Source: a virus | Taxonomy: Duplodnaviria; Caudoviricetes | Reading direction: 5' to 3' (one strand) | Virus record (IMG/VR): IMGVR_UViG_3300048894_000062 | Location: 1-62,296 of that record | DNA length: 62,296 nt | Shown here: one piece after another, positions 35,827 to 45,395 of the stretch | Layout of the letters: each line of letters opens with the position of its first letter | Numbering within the stretch: the first letter of the stretch is position 1 | Position numbers and translations under genes: made by a program | Notes under the pieces: generated by a model | What the model was told of the DNA's origin: nothing | The model's input: only the letters and a program-made list of their open reading frames with translations | Databases searched by the model: none

Positions 35827-36207
35827 ATGACCATAACTGACGCACTGACGCTCGCTGTTCTTGGACTCGCTGTCGGCGGGCTCTCCACCACGATCAGCAA
35901 GGCCCATGCGCTGGACATTCCGCGCGCATGGATTGCGCGTCACTCCAAGGTGCTGGGCGAGCTTATTCACTGCCCCTACTGTGTGAGTCATTGGATTGCA
36001 GCGGCCATTGTAGTGGCTGCACCGGCCAAGATCACCGGTAACGCATTCGTGGATTATCCGGCGCAAGGGTTCTCACTGGTGGCGCTGGGAGCCTTCACAG
36101 TCGGCATGATCATGAAACTGATGCTCTGGGATCAGGCCGAGCTTGAACAGGCGCACAGAGAACGCGACGAAGCTGTCGCGACGCTGCGGGAGATTGCCAA
36201 TGGGTAA
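35827..36207 (+). CDS. DUF1360-like membrane protein
   Basis: GELIHCPYCVSHW between TM segments. Confidence 0.65.
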   Translation: MTITDALTLAVLGLAVGGLSTTISKAHALDIPRAWIARHSKVLGELIHCPYCVSHWIAAAIVVAAPAKITGNAFVDYPAQGFSLVALGAFTVGMIMKLMLWDQAELEQAHRERDEAVATLREIANG

Positions 36208-36673
36208 GCTTGAAGAAATGGCCGAGAGTGCGCTCCATGTAGCACGCGGGATCATCGAAGACTCAACTGACGGACATGAAGCGCATCCAGTGTGGTTCAT
36301 TCTCGACACAGAGGGGAGGATCACTGTTGTCATGACTCCCTTCAACGGCGAGGGCGTCAAAGAAAAAGTGTTCCAGATGATGCCTGCCAAGCTCAAGGAA
36401 ATGAACGCTGTCGCCTACGTGTTTCTTTCCGAAGTCTGGACCGTGAAGCGCGACACAAGCGCGGTGGATTTGGATACGCCACCTTCCGAGCAACCTGATC
36501 GCATCGAAGCTCTCATGCTTCAGGGGAACGACTTACACAACAATCAACTGATGTGGGTCGCTGAAATCAAGCGCATGAATGGTAAGCGCACAGTGAGCGA
36601 GCCTGAAAAAATATCAGGAGTGCAGATGCGGGGACGGGGAGCGAATCTACTGAGGCCAGAGACGTTCCAATAA
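36200..36673 (+). CDS. Hypothetical protein
   Basis: AYVFLSEVW..PSE.PDR.EAL motif. Confidence 0.6.
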   Translation: MGKLEEMAESALHVARGIIEDSTDGHEAHPVWFILDTEGRITVVMTPFNGEGVKEKVFQMMPAKLKEMNAVAYVFLSEVWTVKRDTSAVDLDTPPSEQPDRIEALMLQGNDLHNNQLMWVAEIKRMNGKRTVSEPEKISGVQMRGRGANLLRPETFQ

Positions 36674-36749
36674 ATACCTGTTGACATGCGCTGCCACTAT
36701 GTCATGATGACGTGTCTGCAAATCATTGTAGCATCTTTTGGAGGATGAC

Positions 36750-37112
36750 ATGAACGACCATATGAACATCAAGGGCAAGGACGTTTCCGCAGCCATGGAA
36801 GCCGCAGGCCATGACATGGAACTGCTCGACACGGCGGCGCAGATGATGCGCGCATCCAGCGAGTTGCTGGACTATCTTTCCGAGCGCATCGGCCAACGCC
36901 GCGAAATCATCGACGTGAAGACCGACGCCAAGATCAAGGACAAGCTGGCGGCGCTGCTGATTGCGGGCGACCGTGCGGGCGTGGTTCTGGCCAAGCGCGC
37001 GGCAGTCGGCATTGCGCTGGTGACGGGCGGTGAAGTGACGGAGATTCCCGGCGTCGGCATGATGATCGCCGTCAAGGGCGCATCGGACTCCGACAAGTCC
37101 AAGATGCACTGA
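36750..37112 (+). CDS. Hypothetical protein
   Basis: TTGACA promoter and GGAGG RBS upstream. Confidence 0.6.
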   Translation: MNDHMNIKGKDVSAAMEAAGHDMELLDTAAQMMRASSELLDYLSERIGQRREIIDVKTDAKIKDKLAALLIAGDRAGVVLAKRAAVGIALVTGGEVTEIPGVGMMIAVKGASDSDKSKMH

Positions 37113-37178
37113 CAGACCCTACAGCAAGGGGCACTGGTAACGCGGTGCCCTCTCTGTGTGGTTTGGAGGACATAAGTT

Positions 37179-37412
37179 ATGTGGAACGGATTCGTTGGGT
37201 TGCTTATTGGCAGTGTGATTGGTGCGATTGTCGCCGCACTCGTCTTTGGCCATAGCGGCTATGCAAAGGGGTATTCAGAGGGCCATTACATTGGCTCTCT
37301 CGCGCCAAATTTCAGCACAACTCTTTGCTGGGAAATGGCAACGAGTGTGGCGATAGACCACATTAGTTCGGCTACCGCTGCGAAGGCCCGTGCCGATTGT
37401 GTGCAGCCATGA
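37179..37412 (+). CDS. Membrane-anchored protein
   Basis: GGAGG RBS; N-terminal TM. Confidence 0.5.
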   Translation: MWNGFVGLLIGSVIGAIVAALVFGHSGYAKGYSEGHYIGSLAPNFSTTLCWEMATSVAIDHISSATAAKARADCVQP

Positions 37413-37585
37413 CGAAGAAACACTTTCAGATGATCGCGAACGTTGTGCGCGAGGCGACTTATACGCACGATGGCGTGCGCGCGAAGCTTGCGGAGTCGTT
37501 CGCTGCCAAGCTCGCAGCGGAAAATCCGCGCTTCGATGCTGCCCGGTTCTATGCCGCGTGCGGCGTCAGTCAGGGGCCGAAATGA
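37409..37585 (+). CDS. Small phage protein
   Basis: MTKKHF..IA..L...NPRFD..RF..AC motif. Confidence 0.6.
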   Translation: MTKKHFQMIANVVREATYTHDGVRAKLAESFAAKLAAENPRFDAARFYAACGVSQGPK

Positions 37586-37824
37586 GCTTGAAGCTTAAGG
37601 GTTTGACGGAGGCCGGAAAGAAGGCCGCGCCGTTTATGAAGAAACACGCAGGCCATTTGGAGGCGTGGATTCTTTTCTATGAAGCCTCGAAAACCTCTGA
37701 GGCAGTTGACTGGGACTCGCAAGACTTCCGCTCTCTCGCAATTGGTTTTTTTATCGGGCGTGGAATGTCGATTGAGGATGCGGCGCAACTAGCGCGGCTG
37801 CTTGTCCTGACGGAGTACTATTGA
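37582..37824 (+). CDS. Hypothetical protein
   Basis: ATGA overlap. Confidence 0.45.
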   Translation: MSLKLKGLTEAGKKAAPFMKKHAGHLEAWILFYEASKTSEAVDWDSQDFRSLAIGFFIGRGMSIEDAAQLARLLVLTEYY

Positions 37825-37825
37825 A

Positions 37826-38071
37826 ATGACCGATAAGTTCGACAAGCCCACGGCCATAGTCGTCATGCGCGCACTGGCCCAAGGTATGCGCAACACGCTG
37901 CAACAGATCGAGCGTGAGGGTGGGGACGCCATCGCGAGCCGCTACACCGTCCAAGGTGTGCAGGCTTGCATCGGGCTCACTGAGGGGTGTGCCAAGACAT
38001 TGGAGGAAAACCCCAAGGTGACGGTGGAGTCGTTCGTCAGTCAGTCCATGCGGATTTTCCAAGATGGCTGA
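37826..38071 (+). CDS. Hypothetical protein
   Basis: GGAG RBS; abuts neighbours. Confidence 0.5.
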   Translation: MTDKFDKPTAIVVMRALAQGMRNTLQQIEREGGDAIASRYTVQGVQACIGLTEGCAKTLEENPKVTVESFVSQSMRIFQDG

Positions 38072-38411
38072 AAAGGCCCAAGGTAGCTCACCGGACCTTT
38101 TTGACTTCGCGACTCGCTATCCGCATGCGCCCGGTTATCGGCGCAATTCCGAGACTTCCAAGGCCGCTAGCAAGGTAATTACAAAGCGCGCCCAAAGCCT
38201 ACAGGAGCGGATTCTAGAGCTTTTGCGGCTTGGCGGCACACTGACACCGGATGAGTGCGCCGCGTTGCTAGGCGTGTCAGTGCTGGCCTGTAGGCCGCGA
38301 TTTTCAGAGCTAGCTAGGCTTGGAAAGATTATCCCGCTAGCAGGCCAAACCCGCCAGAACGAGTCGGGCCTGAGGGCGCGGGTGTACCGCATCGCGGCGG
38401 ACTGGTTATAG
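38064..38411 (+). CDS. Winged-helix DNA-binding protein
   Basis: ETSKAA..IL..L..LTPDE.A..L...RPRFSEL...G.I. Confidence 0.65.
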   Translation: MAEKAQGSSPDLFDFATRYPHAPGYRRNSETSKAASKVITKRAQSLQERILELLRLGGTLTPDECAALLGVSVLACRPRFSELARLGKIIPLAGQTRQNESGLRARVYRIAADWL

Positions 38412-38876
38412 GCCCGGGCCGGAAGCTACCCTCCGGCCCGTTCCCAAGGGACTTACAGGCCGCCCGTTGTCAGTCCGCTGCGGGGCATTTTCGCGCGGTC
38501 TGCCGCTGGCATGGAAGCCAAGCCAAGCCCGTGCACCCATAGCGAAAGGCGGCCTAGCTGGATTGCGAGCCGCATGAGATTCAAAGCCAAGTCCAAGCGT
38601 AGCAGTCTGATCATGGTTTCCTCCATCTAGGCGTAATAGAACGCGAGCGCCAAGCCGGGGAAGGCAAAGCCTACCCAATGGTCGGCCCGATTGTGACGCA
38701 CCAAAGGCCGCCACAATCCAAAGATTCCCTGTATGGCGTACCGCCCCCAAAGCGGCACATTGAAGCCATAGCGTCCGCTGGCAAGCTTGATCAGTCTCAT
38801 TGGTTTTCCTCCATATAGCGGGATAAGCCCCACTGAGAGGCGCTAGGGCCTTACCTAGCGCCCTTGCAGTAGGGGC

Positions 38877-40688
38877 CTAGGCTTCCCCTGCCGCCTCTTC
38901 CAGCATGCTCACAAGCGCCCCCAAGCCTGATGCGGCAAGCTGGGTAGCGTCCTTGACATTGACAGAGTACCGGGCCGGGAACGCGGCGGTAACAGCCTCG
39001 CACGCGATACCAATGCCAACGGTTTCGACTCCGTAGTCACTGGCAAGGCGGCAGGCCGCTTGAACGGTATCCGCGCCCAAGTCGCACATGCCGTCAGTTA
39101 CCACCATAAGAATCCGCCGCGTGGCCTGTACGTTGGCCAAGTCCTGCGCCGCCGTCACGATGGAAGCGGAAAGCGGTGTGCTGCCAGTGGCATGGAGGCT
39201 TCCCCAAATCTCCCCAGCGGCGTTAGAAACCGGCTGGGTAAAGTCCTTCACAACGATAAGGCGCGTTATGGTGGTATTGCCCTTAAACCCAGCAATGGCC
39301 AGCTTGCCACCTGCCGACTCTGCCGCCTTGGCAATCGCCCAAACAGCGCCCTTGGCAAGTGTCATGCGAGACTGGCCAGCATCACTGTTACTCATGCTGC
39401 CGGACGTATCGACCAGCACCATGACGGCGGTATCGTTCCCGGGCATGTATTCGCGGCGGGAAAACACGTCTTGTGCGCCGGTCCGCATGCGCACGATTGC
39501 GCGGCGATCTAAGCGGCCTGACGACTCATGATGTGTGCGCTGGTTACGCTCTTCTGAGACTAGCAGCCGCGCAATCTGGCCATGTAGCACGCTGTTGGAC
39601 GGTAGCAGGCTGTTGAGGGCCGACTCTGCCGCTGTGTTTGTGTAGGGCGCAGGCTTGGGCGTGACATGCGTGGCCTTGATATCGTTCAACTGCGCCGCGT
39701 TGCCATGGTGGCCGGGGTTGCGCTTGGCAATGTCCTTGACGGCGCTTGACAGGGACACATCCGGGGAAATTTCCGGGGTATCCTTGCCGCCCGCGCCCTC
39801 TCCGCCCTTGCCCTTTTTGCCCTTACCCTGAGGCTCGCCCCCGCCGTTATTGCTGTTGCCTTGGCCTTCCGTGGCGGACTCGCCCTCCGGCCCGTCTCCG
39901 TCCTGAGGCTCGCCAGAGGCGTTTTCAGAGGCTTCCCCGGGCTCGCCCTCATCACCCTGCCCGGGCTCTTGCTGGCCTTGCTGGGGCTTGCCTTGGCCTT
40001 GGGCGTCCTGTTGCTGGCCTTGGGCTTGCTGGGTAAACCCGCCCTCCATCTTGACCAGTTCATGCGCCAAGGCCACGCAATCGCGGGTGTTCTGACACCC
40101 CGGAAGCTTGGCCAGTGCGTAGTCTGTCAGACGCTTGACGCTGGGCGATAGCTTGCCCGCGAGCGGCGTGATAGGGGCGAGGGAATAGCCGTTGGCCAAG
40201 CGCCCCAACAGCGTCACGATATATGGGGCGTTATTGATATCCTCCCCTAGCACTTTCCCGGCCCTCTGCATCATGGCCAGCGCTTCCGCGTAGCGGGAGA
40301 GGGTGAGGGACTCAATCAAGCCCCTAAGCCCCTTAAACGGCCCCTCAGCGAGTTCCTTGGCTTCAATGCGCACATCCTCCAAGGCGTTCGCCCACACCAT
40401 GACGCGCGGCGGAAGCTGGCTGGGGTTAACAGTCCAGTCAGTGTGCAGGACATGGCACATTTCGTGGCCGATATAGGCCACGAATTGATCAGCTTCCGAA
40501 CGCGACAGGATAGCGTCCGCCGGGAGGCTGGGGAGCCTCAGAGTGACAAGCCCCCCCTGCCGGAAAACGGAGGCGGTATTCCCGCCCTCCGCATTGACTG
40601 TCACGCTAACCGTGACGCTGCGACGCGCCACGATTTTCGTGGTGGTTTCGCGCGCCGCGTTGACTACGTTGAGATAACGAATCGTCAT
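38877..40688 (-). CDS. CobT-like protein: HExxH domain, acidic linker, VWA domain
   Basis: GHEMCHVLHTD..NALEDVRIE; Q/G/E linker; SGRLD; DTSGSM MIDAS, TP, VTDG. Confidence 0.85.
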   Translation of the reverse strand: MTIRYLNVVNAARETTTKIVARRSVTVSVTVNAEGGNTASVFRQGGLVTLRLPSLPADAILSRSEADQFVAYIGHEMCHVLHTDWTVNPSQLPPRVMVWANALEDVRIEAKELAEGPFKGLRGLIESLTLSRYAEALAMMQRAGKVLGEDINNAPYIVTLLGRLANGYSLAPITPLAGKLSPSVKRLTDYALAKLPGCQNTRDCVALAHELVKMEGGFTQQAQGQQQDAQGQGKPQQGQQEPGQGDEGEPGEASENASGEPQDGDGPEGESATEGQGNSNNGGGEPQGKGKKGKGGEGAGGKDTPEISPDVSLSSAVKDIAKRNPGHHGNAAQLNDIKATHVTPKPAPYTNTAAESALNSLLPSNSVLHGQIARLLVSEERNQRTHHESSGRLDRRAIVRMRTGAQDVFSRREYMPGNDTAVMVLVDTSGSMSNSDAGQSRMTLAKGAVWAIAKAAESAGGKLAIAGFKGNTTITRLIVVKDFTQPVSNAAGEIWGSLHATGSTPLSASIVTAAQDLANVQATRRILMVVTDGMCDLGADTVQAACRLASDYGVETVGIGIACEAVTAAFPARYSVNVKDATQLAASGLGALVSMLEEAAGEA

Positions 40689-40707
40689 TGGTTTTCCTCC
40701 AAGGGCC

Positions 40708-42162
40708 TTAGGACTTCACAGCGGCGTCAATGGCCGCCGCGTCATAGGTGAGCAAGCACTGTTGATTGAGGGATTCGCGGTCCTGTTCGGGCGCACGATT
40801 GAGGACCGCCGCCTCGAAAGCCTCCCGGGCCGGGACTCCGTCAGTGAGCAATTCGGCCCAAGCGAACAGCACGCGCAAGCTAATGCCCGTTGTCAGTGAG
40901 CCATTGCCTGCCGCTTGGCGAGTCGTGTTCGCCGCACTGACAAGCAAATCGGCCAGCGTCTTGGAACACCGAGTCGCGCGCACGATGACGTTCGACTCCT
41001 GCGTTGCTGAGAGATATTCGAAGTGACAGAAGGCCCCAAACCGGTCCAGAAACGCGGCATTGAGTCGGCCCGTGCCGGTGAAGCCATGAAGCGCGCCGCC
41101 GCCCGTGCCATTGGTGTTATCGCAGGCAATGAACTGCACACCATGCGCCACGGGAACGCGGCGGCCTGTCTCAGCGATGTAAAGCACGCGATGTGCAAGG
41201 ACGTTCTGCATCGCCATAAGCGCCCCAGCACGCGCCAGAGAGGGCTCATCTATGCAGATGACACACCCCGGAGTCTGGATTGCGCGCGTCAGGATACCGT
41301 CCTGCCAGCCTGTGCCGCCGTCTTTTGACGGGACTGTCATTCCGACAAGAGTCGGCGCGTCAGTCTGATCATCGCAGGCAATGAGGGCGAAAGGCCGCCC
41401 CAGCTTGGCCGCGTATTGCGCCGTCCAATGCGTCTTTCCCGTGCCGGGAGGGCCATAGAAAAAGACATTTTTGTCGCGCCCAAGCTGGGTAAGCGCCATG
41501 CCAGTCACTGGCGGCCACACATAGGACGAGTCCACGGCGGGAGTCTCCGGATGTGCGCCGTTCCACAGAACGGAAGTGCGCTTGCCAAGTGCGCCCTTGA
41601 CGTTGAAAAGCGCCCCCCATGTCTTGGAGTCCGCTGTTGGCATGGCGTGAGTGATGGAACCATCCCCAGCCGGAACCGTGGCCGGGCCGGTGAGATACAC
41701 CGGGACTTCGACTCGTTCTGCGGGCTTATTGGCCAGCGTGATAAGCTGCCGGATAACGGGATCGGCGGCCTTGAGTCCACCGTCCATGATCAGGCCGCGA
41801 ATCTCTGCCAGCGTCGCGTCAAGATTGACGGCAGGGGCGGCAGACTCCTCGGACTCCTCGGACTCTGCCGACTCCTCGGACTCGTCACTGTGGCCGCCGT
41901 CAGTGGCCTTGGAAGTGTGCCGCTCACCACGGGCGTAAACGCCCTCCGGAAACGCCTCTGCCAGCTTGGCCTTGGCATGCTCGAATCCGCCCAAATCAAC
42001 GGCGGCGGTAGCGCGATTGATCAAATCGGCCTTGGACACTTTCATGTAGTCAAAGCCAAGGGAACCGCCGACCAGCGCGCGGAGATAGCGCACTAGCTGG
42101 CGGTGCGTCAGTGTCGCGATAAGTCCGCGAAGTTGCTCATGGGTTTCAATTGCTTGGGACAT
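40708..42162 (-). CDS. CobS/MoxR-like AAA+ ATPase
   Basis: GPPGTGKT, W.DG.LT.A, CIDE, NTNGTG..N.AFLDRF, ISLR. Confidence 0.85.
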   Translation of the reverse strand: MSQAIETHEQLRGLIATLTHRQLVRYLRALVGGSLGFDYMKVSKADLINRATAAVDLGGFEHAKAKLAEAFPEGVYARGERHTSKATDGGHSDESEESAESEESEESAAPAVNLDATLAEIRGLIMDGGLKAADPVIRQLITLANKPAERVEVPVYLTGPATVPAGDGSITHAMPTADSKTWGALFNVKGALGKRTSVLWNGAHPETPAVDSSYVWPPVTGMALTQLGRDKNVFFYGPPGTGKTHWTAQYAAKLGRPFALIACDDQTDAPTLVGMTVPSKDGGTGWQDGILTRAIQTPGCVICIDEPSLARAGALMAMQNVLAHRVLYIAETGRRVPVAHGVQFIACDNTNGTGGGALHGFTGTGRLNAAFLDRFGAFCHFEYLSATQESNVIVRATRCSKTLADLLVSAANTTRQAAGNGSLTTGISLRVLFAWAELLTDGVPAREAFEAAVLNRAPEQDRESLNQQCLLTYDAAAIDAAVKS

Positions 42163-43166
42163 AAGTGCGGGCCTCCAAACCCGTTAGTTCCGCGCGGATG
42201 GATTCCGGGCGGCAAGTACTTATGCCACGATGACATATATCAGTCAATCTTATGGCGTCATGCCAAGCACGCAAGAAAGTGTCGCGCGGCTTAGGCTCAG
42301 GCCGGTTTCAATCGTAAGCCCGTCAGGGGCTCACAGAGCGGCGGTAACTGACTGGGTATGACAGTGCGGCATATGCCCAAGATTCGATTGTGCGCGATTT
42401 GGCCCGAATCTTGCCCTCGCAGGTCGCGCATAGCTGTGGCTTGTTGCGTCTAGTGTCATCATTGTGTATAAACAGGAACTTAGCTAGTCCCGCGCATAGC
42501 TCGAAAGGTTCGAAATTTCCGCGCCGCGCCTCCGTACCGCTCTAAGCCATACCCAAAGCGGTTAATGTGTCAGTCCGCCGCATGTGATCAGAGTGTCCAG
42601 CGCCAACACCCAAAACGGGCTAACAGACTGATAGCAATAAAATTTCATCGCCGCGCGGACGCACTCACAAGCATCACCCCCTAGACCACACACCCCTAAA
42701 CTGGGTAAGTCACTGAACTGACAGTGTGTGATATCACTGCCAGCAACGTTTCATTGGGATATAAACATATCGTTATGTCTTGTAAGCCCGGCATCTATGA
42801 AAACGACTATGAGAAATGGGGGTCTGAACGCCTTGTTCAGCGGTTGGAATCCCTGCGTTTACAGGCCAATACGCGGCTCAGGCGACACCGCGAGCGCCGC
42901 AAGGCCGCCCTACTGAAGGCACAACATCTAGGTGTAAGTGCTGATCAGGCCGCCCCAGCGCCCAAGGGTACACACAAGAGCGGCTCATAAGTCCTTGATA
43001 TCATTGGAATTGTACTAATAATTTCCCATAATAGGACTTATCATGCGGGCGTGTTGCTGGCGGCAACATAGACACCCCCCCGTGAGTCCTGAAGCCACCC
43101 GGCCTGATGGAATTATGGGACCACCTCCCCCTGCCATAAATTTTCCGGCGGCAGGTTTATGCCGCG

Positions 43167-43197
43167 TTGACTTGTTAGACTAACACGTTAGACTAAC
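43167..43197 (+). promoter_or_regulatory. Promoter overlapped by twin palindromic operators
   Basis: TTGACT then GTTAGACTAAC-AC-GTTAGACTAAC, 3 nt before ATG 43201. Confidence 0.7.
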
Positions 43198-43200
43198 TGG

Positions 43201-43464
43201 ATGAGGTCTAAGCCACAGTCCAAGCGTATACAGTTGCCCTTTGTTTATCGGGCTGTTGGGGACGCGGCAAAAAAATCTGGGGTGGTTGATGCCCCTGAAG
43301 AGCGTAGCCAGCACGCGGCTCCTGAGGTTGGAGCGCCGGTTGGCAAGGGGGGAGCTCGTATCTCTCCTGACAGCCGGGAAAGACCGGCACCGACTTTTGA
43401 TCGGACGGCCTATCAGCGTGAGTATATGCGCAAATGGCGGGAGAGGAAGAAGGCTAAGGGATGA
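43201..43464 (+). CDS. Small basic protein
   Basis: C-terminal FDRTAYQREYMRKWRERKK. Confidence 0.55.
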   Translation: MRSKPQSKRIQLPFVYRAVGDAAKKSGVVDAPEERSQHAAPEVGAPVGKGGARISPDSRERPAPTFDRTAYQREYMRKWRERKKAKG

Positions 43465-43664
43465 AAGACGAAGACTATGTGGTTCGCGCCTTCATGGACG
43501 GCGTTGATTGGCAGCATGAGCTTGGGGCCGCCTTGGGCGGAAACAGGCTTTATCCTGACGCCAAGGACTGCAAGGAGAACCGCCCCTGCACGCGGGAATG
43601 TGGGATTGTTGAGGTAGAGGTCAGATTTATCCGGTGGGTTGAGCCACAGAACTTTGGCGACTGA
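43461..43664 (+). CDS. Hypothetical protein
   Basis: ATGA overlap. Confidence 0.5.
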   Translation: MKDEDYVVRAFMDGVDWQHELGAALGGNRLYPDAKDCKENRPCTRECGIVEVEVRFIRWVEPQNFGD

Positions 43665-43677
43665 TGGAAGGCAAGCC

Positions 43678-44004
43678 ATGACCCTATCGGAACTGATCGA
43701 GCGGCTGGAGAAGGCGACGGAGCCTGACGACAAGCTAGATACGAACATCAACGCGGCAGTCCTTCGCACCGTGGAACGGTTCGAGCCGTTCCCGGCCTAC
43801 ACCTCCTCCATCGACGCCGCCCTGACGCTGGTGCCGGAAGGGTATGGCTGGCACCTCTGGTCCCCGGACAACTGGCTACCTGCGGCAGAAGTCAGGAACG
43901 GTGAGCGAGTTTACTACGGGCTCACAGCGCAAGCTGGACTCCCCGCCATCGCCCTCTGCATCGCAGCCTTGAAAGCTCGCGAAGCTATGGAGACCGTGGG
44001 ATGA
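43678..44004 (+). CDS. Phage ABA-sandwich-like protein
   Basis: LIERLEKA..PAYTSSIDAALTLVPEG..PAIALCIAALKAR. Confidence 0.6.
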   Translation: MTLSELIERLEKATEPDDKLDTNINAAVLRTVERFEPFPAYTSSIDAALTLVPEGYGWHLWSPDNWLPAAEVRNGERVYYGLTAQAGLPAIALCIAALKAREAMETVG

Positions 44005-44324
44005 GCGAGATGATTGAGAGAGTGGCGAAGGCGATGCGCGCAGATTACATCGGCTCGCATAATCCCAACAGGCTTGCATGGGAAGAAATTGACGACGGCA
44101 TGCGGGCGATTTGGCGTCAGCATGCCCGCGCCGCCATCGAAGCGATGCGCGAGCCGACAGAGGCGATGGTTTCGGCAATGATTGGCCCGCACTATGTCGG
44201 CCTTGATCTAGAGCAGGCCACGCAGCGATTGCAGGTCTGTGTGTGGAACGCTGGCATCGACGCCGCCCTCTCCCAACCCCCTCACCATCTGAGCGGAGGG
44301 GCGGGAACCGAGGAAGGCACATGA
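44001..44324 (+). CDS. Hypothetical protein
   Basis: IERVAKA..ARAAIEAMREPTEAM motif. Confidence 0.6.
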   Translation: MSEMIERVAKAMRADYIGSHNPNRLAWEEIDDGMRAIWRQHARAAIEAMREPTEAMVSAMIGPHYVGLDLEQATQRLQVCVWNAGIDAALSQPPHHLSGGAGTEEGT

Positions 44325-44522
44325 CCGCCCGCTATGTAGGCCGCTGGCCGTCAGTCGCGGGCTTCTGTGACGGTCCTGATCCTGACGCGGTTCTAAGCCT
44401 TACTATACAGCAAGCATCCTTCAACGCATGCACAGGCTGGAGCGTCACGGACACGCTTTTGAAGCGGACAGTCGCCTCCTTCCCATGCTCTTGTTCTAAG
44501 CCCGAATCATATGGAGAACCCC

Positions 44523-44852
44523 ATGCGTGACTATACTACTGGCGCTCCCATCCCTGCCTCGGTCAATCGGACGCCACCACCTCCCGGCCAAATCGGTCAG
44601 ATCGACCAGACGGAACTTGAGCTTGTTGCTGCCCGCCTTTCAGAGCTTCTGGGCTACGTCCAGCACCAGCGAGACCGGACCCTTTCCATGGGTGATCGTC
44701 TTCTTGGCCCAATCCCGGAAGTGCAGGGAAAAGACCCTGCCTCAGCGCCTCGCGCCGGTATTCTCGGCCAGATACAGGACACCTTGGACTTCATCTTCAA
44801 CAACGTGCGGTCCACTGACGATGCGCTCACCCGGCTCCGTAACGCCATTTAG
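44523..44852 (+). CDS. Hypothetical coiled-coil protein
   Basis: GGAG RBS. Confidence 0.5.
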   Translation: MRDYTTGAPIPASVNRTPPPPGQIGQIDQTELELVAARLSELLGYVQHQRDRTLSMGDRLLGPIPEVQGKDPASAPRAGILGQIQDTLDFIFNNVRSTDDALTRLRNAI

Positions 44853-44926
44853 GCGAAAGCCCGCTATCCTGATTGCCAAATGGGTGCCCCTCGCCCAAGG
44901 CTGGGGACCGTCTGGCATGTGGAACG

Positions 44927-45343
44927 CTACGGAACGGCTTGCAGCACTCGGCCCGGTTTGCGCCGAACCTTCGGCAGAAGACTTTCCAGAGGGGGAAGCG
45001 TGGGAGGTCTTGGCCGAAGCTTCTCCATGGCCGCCCCATACTTGAAGAACAACGGGATCATCTGAACCGGGTCGTTAACAAGAGCGCGTATCTCTTCTAA
45101 GCCCTCTACCAGTGTCAGTCGCTCAATAGCCCGCATCGCATGTAGAATCGTACTGTGGTCCCGGTCATAAAATCTCCCGATCTTGGGATATGAGTTCGCT
45201 GTCAGTTCGCGGCTTAGATACATCGCCATGTGACGCGGGACAGTGTGCTTTCGGTACTTGCTCCGGCTCAGGATTTTGTCGCGGGGAACGCCTGTTACCA
45301 AGCAGGTCGCGTTCAAGACATTGCGCAGAGTCACTCTAGGCAC
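44927..45343 (-). CDS. Stand-alone DnaA C-terminal (domain IV) HTH protein
   Basis: AGGAGG RBS before GTG 45343; PRHMAMYLSRELT..SYPKIGR...RDHSTILHA. Confidence 0.8.
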   Translation of the reverse strand: MPRVTLRNVLNATCLVTGVPRDKILSRSKYRKHTVPRHMAMYLSRELTANSYPKIGRFYDRDHSTILHAMRAIERLTLVEGLEEIRALVNDPVQMIPLFFKYGAAMEKLRPRPPTLPPLESLLPKVRRKPGRVLQAVP

Positions 45344-45395
45344 GGCCCCTCCTGTCGTGTATAGTTTCCCGACACTATGGAGGCATGACGGTTCT

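Noticed and set aside
38877-42162. Cobalamin-synthesis auxiliary metabolic genes
   Set aside because: No cobN or other cob genes; a generic MoxR-VWA function is more parsimonious
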